Source of the DNA: Blasia pusilla
Taxonomy: Eukaryota
Assembly: GCA_050084515.1 (NCBI GenBank)
Contig: CM114271.1
Span: forward strand, 9,362,001 to 9,426,000
Direction of reading: 5' to 3'
DNA length: 64,000 nt
Below are positions 12,285-24,559 of this stretch, one piece after another. Made by a program: the position numbers and the translations under genes. Each line of letters starts with the position of its first letter. Position 1 is the stretch's first letter. The notes under the pieces are model-generated. The model did not search any database, was not told the DNA's origin, and saw only the letters and a list, made by a program, of their open reading frames with translations.

Positions 12285-12849
12285 ATGGACCACTCCTACG
12301 TTTACTGCTTCGTTCGGCCCCAGCACAATTTCCAGGTGTTCAAGATCCAAGATCATGTGGATCCATGCTCAGATGGGTACATCTTAGATAGTTTGTACAA
12401 TTCCCCCCCGGGAATTTACATGCAAGATGGTACCCCACTTCTGGGAGGAAGGGAAAAGTTGCCAGTCCTGATGCAAACGCTCATCGAGCTTTGCTTCAAG
12501 GCCGGGTGACTTGGTGTTCGACTTAGTGGGACTTTCAGGGGCAAGTATCAAAGGCGCCTGGCAGAGTGGCAGGAACATTCTCTGCCTGGAGGGAAGGCAG
12601 GAAGTGTTTGACCTTTGCAAGGAGGCAAAGGCAGAATACGAAAGGCTCGTTGGGGCTTACAACTCTCCACCAAAGCCGAGACCTCCGGTTCCAGACCCAC
12701 CATTGGTAGTGACTCCATCGTCACTTGCAACGATTCCGAAAATCGGGAGGGCAAGGTCGAAAGTAATTTTGCAAGAGCTCTCGGACGATGATGAGTGAGT
12801 TCAAAGAACTCAAGGACCCAGCTTGACTGCAGCATTTGGAGTTGGGAGT

Positions 12850-13920
12850 TATTTGATGATGAGGCAAAAGATTTCATAGAATATATCAAATGTACAGTTC
12901 CGAGCTTTTTCCGGATGATATAAAGGAGATGATTTTTTTGAACGATTGTGGTGCTTGTAAAAGTTTGCTGAACATTTTTTGTCTTTTCGAATGTGATCGT
13001 CTATGAACTCCGCGGACTTCTATTTTGCAAACCGTCGGATTTCTCCTGCTTGCAAGTTTTCACTTTTTGACGACAGCACCTTTTTAACACTTCCAGGAAA
13101 CCTGTCGGATTCGGACAGGTTGCCTGATCGGACTCTTTCCCTGTTGGTCCAACTTAAGAGGCAGTCTGGCGGGCTTCTTTTCTTCTCTCAGACGTGTTGG
13201 ATTCCTATTACCTGTGCGATTTCCATAATGGTATTACCAATGACAAAGCACATATTGATACTAGATGGGTGTCACATTGCAGAGCGTACAAGGTATACTG
13301 CCGAGGAAAGCGGTGGGACTCAAATCAGGTTACATGGGACCGTTATGGCATACCTAGGGGGGGGCCAAGGCTCTCGAATTCGCCAACATTTTCGATCCCC
13401 GTCTAGAATCGACCAGAGGAGCCACTTGTATCCCAGGACATTCCTTTGGTACTATCACCGAGGAGAGTTAGGAGTAAATTTGTAGATGACGAGGCTGAAG
13501 AAATCATAGACTAGGTCAAATGTACATTTCCGAGGTTCCTTCGAAGGTAATAAAGGACGAGATTTTTTCAACTGATAATGTTGTTTGTAAAAGTTTGCTG
13601 GAATATTTTTTTGGACTTGTGGATTGTATTCTTTTAGCTACTGAAAATTACAATTTTGCAACCCATATGATTCCGACGGGTTGCAACTTTTTGCTTTTTG
13701 CCCACTGCAAATTTTTAAACCATTTCCAGGCAAGCTGTCGGATTCTGACAAGTTGGCTGCTTGAGTGATCGGACTCTTTCCCTTTGAGACCAACTTCTGA
13801 CGCATTGTGGCGGGCTTCTTAACTTTTGGCTCGTTCCCCTACATTCGTCAAACCAGTTGTAGGCTTTTTTTCTTGTCTAAGATGTGCAGGATTCCTACTA
13901 CCTGTCGGATTGCCATTTTG
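12850..13920 (+). repeat. Internal direct duplication in the 3' region of the element (blocks ~630 bp apart)
   Basis: GATGA(T/C)GAGGC..ATAGA..TCAAATGTACA.. block at ~12856 and ~13485; same duplication in copies D and B. Confidence 0.7.
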
Positions 13921-14485
13921 GATTCCCAACCTGTTAGATTTTCGTGGGTGCAGGGTGGAAGAAAATCACTTCTAAAAATCTTTCCTTTCTTATGGTGAGC
14001 TTTCTTACGGGTTGGGAGGGGTGCAGCTTCTCGGTTTCTCAGCTTTAGGATCTGAATGAAGGGACATCAGTTCCTCTTTACTCCGGACAGCTAACAATCT
14101 TTTGGTTCAATTATCCTCTCATGTGTTCACATTTCACAAAGTTGGTCTTGAGCAGACACCATTCAGAACCAACAGAAAGTTGGTTATGGGGCAATTCAAG
14201 GGAGGCCATGATGCAGGCAACAATCCTTGCAAAAAGAGAGGTTGGCATCCGGGTGGTCCTCCAACAAAAATAGCCATGGGCACTGCTTTTTGTAGACCGA
14301 GACAGGTAATGTTAAGAAACTTAGGCTCACATGGAGAGTGATGGAAAAATGTTTGTAGTGGTCTTATGATGTCTATTTTTTTTCGCCCAGAGGAAAAAAG
14401 AGGTTTTTTTAGGGCCAAATGTGGACCACTATCTACTCTCTTCTAAAGATTTCATGAATTTGAAAGCAAACAAAAATTTCAAATA

Positions 14486-14661
14486 TCATTTTGTTCATAG
14501 AGATCCAGTATCATTTTGTTCGTGGATTGATCAAGAGAGAGGTTTTGAAGTCAGTCTATTGTCCAACAGAGGATAACTGTGCAGATATCTTCACGAAAGC
14601 TTTGAGCGGAGATAAGCTTCACCGACATCTGAAGGGTCTTGGCATAGGTCCAAGACAGTAG
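14486..14661 (+). pseudogene. Copia RNase H C-terminus
   Basis: IEIQYHFVR..YCPTEDNCADIFTKAL..LGIGPRQ*. Confidence 0.85.
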
Positions 14662-14690
14662 TCCACATGTAAGTGGATATTGAAGGATGA

Positions 14691-15045
14691 TGTTGGATTC
14701 TCAACATCCACTTCTCTGAGCACCATTAATCTAATCGGCCCCCTTGTATGAGGAGAAGCCTAGATTGATGGTTCCAACTTAGACGTCGAAGGAATCATAG
14801 TAATATGACGTAGGTGGTTTTAGGAGGGTTTTGGGTGCGGTGCATCCTTCACCCTAAAATTTTGCATCATGGTGTAGGGGACCTTGATGCAAAAATTTTC
14901 TCTTAATGGAAACGATGAAAAATAGGAAAAAAACTAGGCCACTTTGTATCTCTAAATTTTGTAAGGATTTTAGTGATGTCGTCATTTTCTATTTTCTCAC
15001 ACCAAGGAGGCGAGGGATGTAGAGCTTATGCCTTCAAAATGTCTA
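14691..15045 (+). mobile_element. Probable truncated Copia 3' LTR
   Basis: TGTTGG start after a degenerate purine tract, 30 bp after the RNase H stop; right boundary uncertain. Confidence 0.5.
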
Positions 15046-15046
15046 C

Positions 15047-15423
15047 TGTGAAGGAAAACAGAATATCGACTTCTAAAATTTATGGCTTCATGGCGGACAA
15101 TGCCCTACCCGGATGGATTGCTATCAGGGAAGTGTTATAGGGGGGGATATTCAACCGGAAAGGGAAAGATCCAATGCTTTCCAATAGCAATATTTTGGGA
15201 CTCGTTACATAGATCCTGCATCAAGGAGACTAAGAGAACACAACATGTAGCTTTACTTCAACGTTGCAAGGATAGCAAAATTTTGAAAGAAGTCACGGAG
15301 TTCCCGGAAGAGCTTTATGTGTGGTGGAAGGAGCATGCGATTGAGGGGAAATACAAAGAGTTGTGTTCGTGGCTCAATTGGTGGACCGTCCGTATGAGGC
15401 AATAGGGAAACTTTATGCAACAT
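15047..15423 (+). pseudogene. Degenerate MULE transposase fragment (end of exon 1)
   Basis: KIYGFMADNA..HAIEGKYKELCSWLNWWTVRMRQ followed by a GTGAGT donor. Confidence 0.8.
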
Positions 15424-15761
15424 GTGAGTTTTCTCCATTTTTTCCAAGTATGTGGTCCAAGTGTAAGATTGCAACCCATCAAAATCACACGGATTGCAAA
15501 ACAGGTAGGTAAAGCAACCCGTCAGAATTGACAGGTTGCATCATAATGCGACATGTTTGAATCCGACGGGTTGCAAGTAAATTTTTGGCGGAAAAAATTC
15601 ATCTTGCAACCCATCGAAATCTGACAGGTTGCAATTTTTTTGAAAAAATTTAATTAAAAAATCATTGGAATCACAAATGTGGAACAAATCACTTTTTGTG
15701 TCCAAGGTCTGGAACAAATCTATCATTTTCCATGAGTTCAAGCTCATAGTGAACATTCTCG

Positions 15762-17216
15762 CAATTGGTGGATTCTTACTCCTACCTCCGACTCTGTTAA
15801 ATCTACAAGCAACACATAATACATGTGCTTACAAGGGAAATACCTTTTCCCACTTGTCTCTCTTTGGACAAAGTCATCAAAAGGGCATGTGGGAAAGCAA
15901 TAGATCTATACCACATACACCCCTATGACACTTCAATTCACAATGTTGTTTCTAACCCAATACATCCTTCCTATTCCATTGCCAATATGAACATCTTTTG
16001 TAGCGATGATTTCCATGTTGGCCTCCTGAGCTGATGCGATTCGCTTTGCTCTCTCCACCGTTGGCCTACACATTATGTCTCTCTTCACCCCCTTTCTAGA
16101 GTCGGACATAAATAGTGGTTTGAGATCATCCACCTTCTCCGGATACATGCTGATATCATTTCTTGGGTTGGATCCGAAATGCGAAGGTCTGTGTAATGCA
16201 AACATGCTATGAACTCGCTCCATTTACGAGTCTGAGACCGTCACTTGTAAGATTGTCCACTTCCTCCTGAGTGCAATTAGTACTTGCAGCAATGGGCCAA
16301 ATCATGGGGGTATTCCCCGGAGCTCCAATGGCATCCGGATAAGACTTTCGGAAAGCGCATGATTCATTTGGGAAAAAGAAGAACTTCAATTGATCCTCGG
16401 TCATAGTAAAAAGATCCAAGGTTTTCAGCCCCCAAAAGCCTGGAAGTGGTTGTCCTATCCTTGTACAATTCTTATCAAGAAAGTGCCGCATGCTCTCCTA
16501 ATGCCATCGGATCCTGCCCTGCAAGTCGGTCCACCTCTAGGGTTGCTTCGAGATATATGCCACCTCTTGAGGTTGCAACCCACCTCAATGATCGGAATCC
16601 CATATTGTTGAACTACCCCCCAAACTAGATGTAGGGAAGTTCTAGCAACAGAGGGATTTTGAAATAAAACATTCATTGATTTTTGAGAAGTTACTTCTAC
16701 TCAAATTTGGGAGCAATCCCTTGTCTCTGAATACCTGGGCGGGGTAATTTCATGATCCAAATCAATCACCGAGTTTGTTCCTCAATGTTGACGCTTGACT
16801 TGCATGAAGTCAAGATACTTATCTGGTCTCCAAGAGTCTTGCTCCGATTGCTCTACCACCATGTGTATGGGATATCTTGAAACATGCCAACAAATGTCCC
16901 CACAAATGTGGACACCTTGCTCGAGAGGAGTTTTGGCTACACACCGATTGAAGGCTTCCACATACAATTTCTCATCACCAGATCTCACAGCGGCCCTAAC
17001 ATAGAGCTCGTAAATCGAAGGGCCCTTTCCTTTGGTTATGCCTTTTGTGAGGAAGATATGGGATGTTATAGATTGTAGCATGGCCCTTGCATGGTTTTGT
17101 TGGCATGCCTCCACGAGTGAAATTTTTTGCATGCTTGTAATGACCTCCAAGACGAATGAACGCTCTCGGCTCCACTTGTGTTGGGTAAGAGGGCATTTTC
17201 ATGAATGTTCAATCCC
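15762..17216 (-). pseudogene. Degenerate MULE transposase exon 2 (Glu motif + SWIM)
   Basis: GLNIHENALLPNTSGAESVHSSW; colinear with 2590-4039. Confidence 0.82.
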
Positions 17217-17229
17217 TGCAGAGACAAAA

Positions 17230-17950
17230 ATGTGAGAAGGGAACATAAAATGCTCTCTAGGCGAAGAAAATTGCAACTTGTCGGAACCCAACGGGTTGCA
17301 AGTCGGAGGCATCCCAAGAATGTCTATGTGCAACCCGTCGCATTCCAACGGGTTGCAATACTCAGGAACCTCCTACTGCAACCCATTGGAATCGACGGGT
17401 TGCAAGTAGGAGGCCAGTCCGCCCTGGAAAATCCATGTGCAACCCGTCGGATTCCGATGACTTACGTAACACAGGAACCTCCTTTTGGAATCAGACCGAA
17501 TCCGACGGGTTGCGAATAGGAGGAAATTTTTCCCTATAATTTTTTCGTGCAAGTCGTCGTAGTCTGACGGGTTGGAAGAAATTTTTTCGCCAAATTTCAT
17601 ACTTTCAACCTGTTGGTTTCTAACAGGTTGCAAGAAGTGCTGACAGGGCAAAACTTGCAACTTGTTGGAATCTGACGGGTTGTAGACTAAGTAAACTTGC
17701 ACACTTGGGACTTGCAACCCGTCAGGATCCGACAGGTTGCAGACTGAAGCAACCTGTCAGAATCCGATGGGTTGCACACTTGGAACTTGCTACCCATCAG
17801 AATCCGATGACTTGCAGACTGATGGAACCTGTCGGAATCCAACGAATTGTAGGCAGATACATCTTACAACCCGTAAAAAATTGACATTTTGCATACTTAG
17901 TATAGTTTCTTACTTGCAACTTGCAACCCATCGGGATCCGACGGGTTGCA
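17230..17950. repeat. Dense palindrome array (intron-like)
   Basis: Many TGCAACCCGTCGG..GACGGGTTGCA variants. Confidence 0.8.
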
Positions 17951-17951
17951 G

Positions 17952-18380
17952 AGGTGGTTAGTATTTTGGCGGGAGAGAGTAAGAGAGGAGAGGAAGAGAG
18001 GAAGAGAGGAGAGTCTCTCTTAAAAAAAAGGGGCAAAATCTGCCTTCTCTCTTCAAAACTTTTTGACATTTCTATATATATTTTTTGCTTTCAAATGCAA
18101 AAAAGCTTTAGAAGAGAGTAGCAAGTGGACCAGATTGGGGCATAAACTAACCTTGTTTTTCCAGGCATAGAAAAACAAGTAGACGTAAGAAGACCACTTC
18201 AAACATGCTTCCATCACTCTCCATGTGAGCCAATTGTTTTTCACATTGCTAGTCTAAGCCAACTATAGAGTAAGCTACCTAGAGGAGATATTATTGTTGG
18301 AGGACCATCTAGGGAGAATTTTATCAGTATAAATAATTTCAGAACAATTATAGGTGCTAATAAAGACTAACTATGAAAGA
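17952..18380. mobile_element. Degenerate terminal fragment of the MULE family
   Basis: Similar to 48136-48540: GGTATT.TGGC.GGAGAGAG..GAGAGTCTCTCTT. Confidence 0.7.
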
Positions 18381-18859
18381 TTGACTATGAAGTCAATAGA
18401 CTATAGTGCCCTTGAGGGTTGGTACATAAAATTTCAAAACAATGGGTTGGGTAGGAGGGCTCTTGATGCATCAATTGCTGAAGAATCCTATTCGATCAAT
18501 ATAGATCCATCAGATGGGATTTTCCACAACAAAACACTTGAAATCCGCTCAAAGTAAACTCAGACCACAGGGTGTAGCTGACGACTTTCATGACAGTCAT
18601 GGATATTGAGAAAGTGCAGGGTTCCAGAAAACTTGGAGGCCACGATTAAGTTACATATGTTGGCTCATGAATGGGTACATGGAGTCTATAGGAGACAGTT
18701 AGGTGTTTGACAACTTGGTTTCACCATTCTCTCAACCAGTGGGAAATATATGCATCGAGAAAAAAACTTGCAAGGAATGACTACGAGGACAATGGAAGCA
18801 AGAGGTTGATAGCCATCAGGAGTGAAGAGAGAGACTGATAAGCAGTCGGGTCCATTCAT

Positions 18860-21800
18860 TCATATGCAACCCGTCGAAATCCGAGAGGTTGCAAGGATTG
18901 TCTACTTTTGGATATCTTGCAACGCGTCAGAATCAAGACTATACTGTCCCTGGTTTAGGTTATATTGCATCCCGTTGGACTCTGACAAGTTGCAGGACTG
19001 GACTGTCTGCAAAAATTGACATTTTCCATCAGTTGGAGTGGTACTCAACCCTTCAGAATCAGACGGATTACCAACCACTCCTTGTCTAGAATTTAGGAGA
19101 ATCCGACCGATGAAAATCAGTCTCGAGGGCATAGAGGCCCAAATGAGGGCGGCACACCATCCTCCGGGTGTCTCTGATCCAGTGATCTCCCAGTGGCTCC
19201 ATGAATGGTCATTCTGGGATGCATTGCGGCTTCTCGAGAAGTCCATGCTCGTGGGTCTCCAAGCGGAGCTGAAAAAAATAGAGCCTGTTCCTGAGGAAGC
19301 AAACGTGGAGAGTGGTGAAGATTTCAAACTTTGGCTTGATGACATCCAGGACAAGCCCATGAAAAACCCGGGCTTCAGGACAATGTTCAAGGATCACATC
19401 CTCCCTCAGGCAGACCTCGATGAAGAAATAGAGGCGAAGAAAAGGGATTTCGCAAAGAAGAAGCGAGATCTTCAAGAGCAGATGGCCAATGCATCTTGAC
19501 AAAGAGCTGCCCAACGGATGGTGTTCAGGTACCTCATCCATTGTAAGCATGCAGGTACCTGCCAAAAAATACCGGCAGCCTGCAAATCGTGGGCTTCTCT
19601 GCCTGATGGAGAGGTATTTTCCATGTACAACATGGAGATGGCACAGGGCATGTCCGAGTGGGAGGTTGACAATTTCCCAATCTGGTTGGACTTCAACGAC
19701 CCTGAGGACATAACCGAGAAAAATCTATGGTTGGTCTATGATGCAGTGGCCGCAGGTAGGGACAACATCCTAAATTTCGTGCAGCCCAAAGACTTTTTTG
19801 AAGGAGATGCAGAGGAGCAAGCCCTCAAGACAGCGGAGTTGGCGTCCAAGGTTGTCACCACCAAGGACAAATCTACATCGGGTCTGAAAGCTAAGGCGAG
19901 GGGATCAAAGAATTCCGAGGCCAAGTCTTCCAAAAAAGAGGTTGAGAATTCAAGGCGAGAGGCGGAATCGTCCGGGAGAGCGGGGAGAGAGGGCCGGACC
20001 AGGTCCTCCGCCAAGAAGACTCCAGTGGAGTCTGAGGTTACAGAGACCCCCACAAGCCGACCGCAGACTAGGGAGAAGCGAAAGCAGGAGGCGCCTGGTT
20101 CTTCCCAGGGAGCAGACCAGGATCTGGTATACACTCCATCATCCTTGGGAAGACATAGAGAAACAACAACCCGGACAAGGGTCATCATTCACTGCACGAA
20201 TCTTCTGGATGAGCTACAAAGTTTCAGGTCCCAAGCGTCGACACCCGCCATCGACAAATTGACAATGCTGGGATGGAAGCTTCAACGAAACGGGCACACT
20301 CCCTGGATGGTGAATGGGGAGGTTGAGGAGGTGGCAGTGGATCTCCTCGTCGCTGATTTTCCCTCTAGGTTGCGCTTGTGGGACAACAATCCGTCTGACA
20401 GTGTCCCACACTGGAATGTACCTCTTACCTATGACCAGATCGTGCTTTTGTTTTCCTTTGCAGGCGCTTATCTCAGTGACAGGGGCTGTTTCTTGGTCTT
20501 GACTGGGGGGAGCGAGGATGAGCTCTTCAACGTGCAGTGTGTAAAGAGGTCGCTGAAGTGGAGGACGGCCCAATCGTGGGTCATCAAGAACGAGTTCCCA
20601 CTCCGATCGACGACGAGTCAAATCCGAGTAAGGGCTCTAAATCCATATACAATTTGTCCTGCTCCGACAGGTTGCATCTCTGCATGCAACCCGTCAGATC
20701 GTCTGAACTAGTGAGTGTGGTGTTGCAATCCGTATGAAAGCGATGGGTTGCAAATTTACCACAAGTCTCCATTGGGTGAATGCAACCCGTCGGAACCGGA
20801 CAGGTTGCAAGTGCTTATGCTTTTCCTTGTGTTTCCGGAATGATGCAAGCCGTCTGAAAGCGACAGGTTGCTCTTAGCCAACCATGGGCTGCTTTAAGCT
20901 AGCAACCTGTCGGCTTCCGATGGGTTGCTCATGACAAAAAAAATCACTAACATTTGTAAAACAACTTGTCGGACTCTGACAGGTTGCTCCAATGTTAGGA
21001 CTATAACAAAGTTCTCTAGGGTTAAGCAAAGTTCTTTGGGGACATGTTGCATATTGTGTCACCATACGAAGAGTAGACTAGCGGTCAAGTAGCTCTTTCA
21101 TGTTGCTCACATTGTTTCCAACCTGCTTCTTTACAGATGGACCACTCCTATGTTTACTACTTTGTTCGGCCTGAGCACAACTTCCAAGTGTTTAAGATCC
21201 TAGATCTAGTAGATCCATGCTCCGAGGGATACAGCTTAGATATTTTATACAATTCCCCCACCCTCCCCCCCGACGGGAATTTACATGCAAGACGGTACCC
21301 CCTTACTTGGAGGAAGGGAAAAGTCGCCAACCTTGATGCAAACGCTCATCGAGCTCTGCTCAAGGCCGGGTGACTTGGTGTTCGACTTAGTGGGCCTTTC
21401 AGGGGCAAGTATCAAAATTGCCTGGCATAGTGGCAGGAATATTCTTTGCCTTGAGGGAAGGCATGACCTGTTTGACCTTTGCAAAGAGGCAAAGGCAGAT
21501 TACGACATGCTAGTTGGGGCGTACAACTCTCCTCCAAAGCCGAGAGCTCCGGTTCTAGACTCACCATTGGTAGTGACACCATCGTCACTTCCCACGATTT
21601 TGAAAATCTGGAGGGCAAGGCCGACACTAATTCAGGAAGAGCTCTCGAACGATGACGAGTGAGTTCAAAGAACTCAAGGACCCAACTTGACTCTAGCGTT
21701 TTGGAGTAGGGATTTATTTGATGATGAGGCAGAAGAATTCATAGAATAGATCAAATGTACAATTATGAGCTTCCTTCGGATGTAATAAAGCACAAGATTT

Positions 21801-23518
21801 TTTCGAACGATGATGGTGTTTGTAAAAGTTTGTTGAATATCTTTTTTGGTCTTGTTGAATGTGATTGTCTATGTACTCCGACAGTTTATTTTGCAACCCG
21901 TCGGATTCCCACGGGTTGCAACTTTTCACTTTTTGACCACTGCATCTTTTTAACCACTTCTAGGCAACCTTTCGAATTCTGACAGGTTGGTTGCGTGAGT
22001 GATCGAACTCTTTCCCTCTTAGTCCAACTTTATTGGCATTATGGCGGGCTTCTTCACTTTGGCTCCTTCCCCTAGTATCTTCAAACAATGCGTAGGCTTC
22101 TTCTCCTCTCTAAGACGTGTTTGATTCCTACTACATGTCGGATTGCCATGATCGTGTTTCCAAGGACGGAGCACATATTGATACTGGATGGACATCACCT
22201 TGCAGAGCGTACAAGATATACTGCCAAGGAAGGCGGTGGAACTCAAAATTAGGTTACATGGGACCGTTATGGTGTACCTGGGGGGGGGGGGCCAAGGCTC
22301 GAATTTGCCAACATTTTCTATCCCCGTCTACAATCGGCTAGAGGAGCCACTTGTATCCCAAGACATTCCTTTTGTACAGAAACCTAGGAGAGTTAGGAGT
22401 AAATTTGTAGATGACGAGGCTGAAGAAATCATAGACTAGATCGAATGTACATTTCTGAGCTTCCTTCGGATGTAATAAAGGACAAGATTTTTTCAAACGA
22501 TAATGATATTTGTAAAATTTTGCTGAATATTTTTGTTGGACTTGTCGATTGTGTTTGTCTAGCTACTTAGAATGTTTATTTTGCAACCCGTCTGATTCCG
22601 ACGGGTTGCAACTTTCCACTTTTTGACCACTACAACGTTTAAACCATTTCCAGGCAAGCTGTCGGATTCCGACAGGTTGGCGACTTGAGTGATCGGACTC
22701 TTTCCCTGTGAGTCCAACTTCTGAGGCATTGTGGCGGGATTCTTCACTTTTGGGTCGTTCCCCTAGTATCGTCAAACCTGTCGTAGGCTTCTTTTCTTCT
22801 CTAAGATGTGCTGGATTCCAACTACCTGTCGGATTGCCATTCCGGATTCCCAACCAGTTGGATTTTTGTGGGTGCAGGGTGGAATGGAATCACTTCTCAA
22901 AATCTTTCCTTTGTTATGGTGAGCTTGCTTGCAAGGGGTACAAGCCATCTGATTCTGACGGGTTGCAAGAGTTGCAACTTGTAAAATTCCGACGGATTGG
23001 GAGGGGTGCAGCTTCTCAGTTTCTCTGATTTAGGATCTGAATGAAGGGACATCAATTCCTCTTTACTCCAAACAGCTAACAATCTATTGGTTCAATTATC
23101 GTCTCTTGTGTTCACATTTCACAAAGTTGGTCTTTATTTGAATCTTTCATTGAGATGAGATTGCTACTTCTCGTCAAATTATTTGCCAATGGTCCTCCAA
23201 CAAAAATACCCCTAGGCACAACTTATTGTAGACTGAGCTAGGCAATGTAAAAAAACTTAGGCTCACATGGAGAGTGATGGAAATTTTTTTGTAGTGGTCT
23301 TATGATGTCTACATGTTTTTCGCCCCCTGGAAAAAAAAGATTTCTTTAGGCCCAAATGTGGACCACTACCTACTCTCTTCTAAAGATTTCATGAATTTGA
23401 AAGCAAACAAAAATTTCAAATATGTCAACAAGTTTTGAAGAGAGGAGGCGGATTTGGCCCTTTTTTTTGAAGAGAGACTCTCCTCTCTTCCTCTCTCATG
23501 CCAGAATACCAGCCCCCC
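18860..23518. mobile_element. MULE copy D (MTase half, with intact terminus)
   Basis: Colinear with 10150-14485; continues to terminus GCCAGAATACCAGCCCCCC at 23518; left boundary approximate. Confidence 0.85.
19088..21662 (+). pseudogene. 3' part of the ParB-MTase gene, copy D
   Basis: ORF 19518-20711 VDLLVADFP; ORF 21285-21662 EKSPTLMQTLIELCSRPGDLVFDLVGLSGAS. Confidence 0.8.
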
Positions 23519-23783
23519 AACAATCCATAATGTCAACCACATCTTCAAAGAAGTTAAACCTTGAAGGGCACAAGAGTCTATTGAGACCATAGTTAGAGAC
23601 CTTATTTGAACCTTTCATTGGGATGAAATTGCTACTTCTGGTCAAATTATCTGCCGATGGTCCTCCAACAATAATACCCCTCAGCCCGGCTTACTGCAGA
23701 GCTGGCTTAGACAAGCAATGTGAAGAAAATTGGGCTCACAGACTCTCCTCTCTTCCTCTCTCCTGCGAGAATACCAACCCCCC
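23519..23783. mobile_element. Short, internally deleted terminal fragment of the MULE family
   Basis: Subterminal homology ending in GAGAATACCAACCCCCC. Confidence 0.65.
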
Positions 23784-24559
23784 AACCTCATCCCCAACAT
23801 TCGTGATAATCTAACAACCAGTCATGACAGACTTGTGATTCCGACGAGACTACGCTGAAGGAAACGAAGCTAGGAGTTGCGAAGAATGAAATGAAAATTA
23901 TGGTAATAAATTGTGAAAAATGACAATGTTAAGATTTCATTTTTGCAAGGGAATTACAGTACTTGAGCTTGCAACCTCTCAAAAAATCAAATATTGCAGA
24001 AGTATGCTTTGAAGAAAATGAGTGAGCAAGAGCAAATGATATTAGCATTCTTCCCAGCTTGCATGCCATATTCCAAAATTTTGCAAAATTCACATCCATT
24101 TGAAGAAGGATCTTGAAAAATGATTCCATTTTGCCCTGAAACCCATCAGAATCCGAAAGGTTGGAAGATATGATAAGTCCATGGTGCAAACGAAAACAAA
24201 ATCAGTAAAAGCGCTTGCAACCTGTCGAGATCCGACATCTTGCAAGCAATGTCTTTTTTGTGTTTATCTTCCAACCCATCGGAATCCAACGGGTTGTAAG
24301 ATAAATAAAAAAAAGGCAAAGTTGTTACCAGGGGTTTCCTTTGAGAAGTCTGAAGGTGTGGAACCTCTCTGAATCGGACTTGTTGCAAGACGTGGCATCA
24401 ATCAAGAAGATGTTCCTAGAGTCACCCTAGAGTAGGCATGCATGGAAGATCTGGGCTGGTATTGTGGCAGATTTCAGGAGTGTACAGGAGGACGTCAAAA
24501 GTGGAAGATGCATAAGAACCAAATAAAGAATAGAAGACCCAAAAAATGAAACAACCATC

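Larger units (their letters stand above)
7706..12798 (+). pseudogene. ParB/Srx-like domain + beta-class N4C/N6A DNA methyltransferase-like protein, copy A; exons 7706-8335, 8426-8898, 9645-11711, 12285-12798
   Basis: Exon 2 has FFIWDGNHRFMAW; exon 3 has VDLLIADLPLG..WN..FADAYLSDRGCFLV (motif IV region); exon 4 has GGREK.P.LMQTLIEL..GDLVFDLVGLSGAS..AWQSGRNILCLE (motifs X-I-II); introns are phase-consistent; stops and frameshifts present. Confidence 0.8.
1670..14485. mobile_element. Mutator-like element copy A (transposase + ParB-MTase); last ~95 bp of one end deleted
   Basis: Starts GAGGTGCGGTAAGAGGAGAGG, the reverse complement of copy B's end at 60781; colinear with copy B; homology stops at ~14485. 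Confidence 0.88.

Noticed and set aside
7706-12798. Bacterial or phage contamination as the source of the ParB-MTase
   Set aside because: The gene has GT-AG introns, is multi-copy, and is nested with plant LTR elements
18380-18860. Unassigned sequence (also ~23790-24550 and 61640-61840)
   Set aside because: No motif, ORF or boundary I can support
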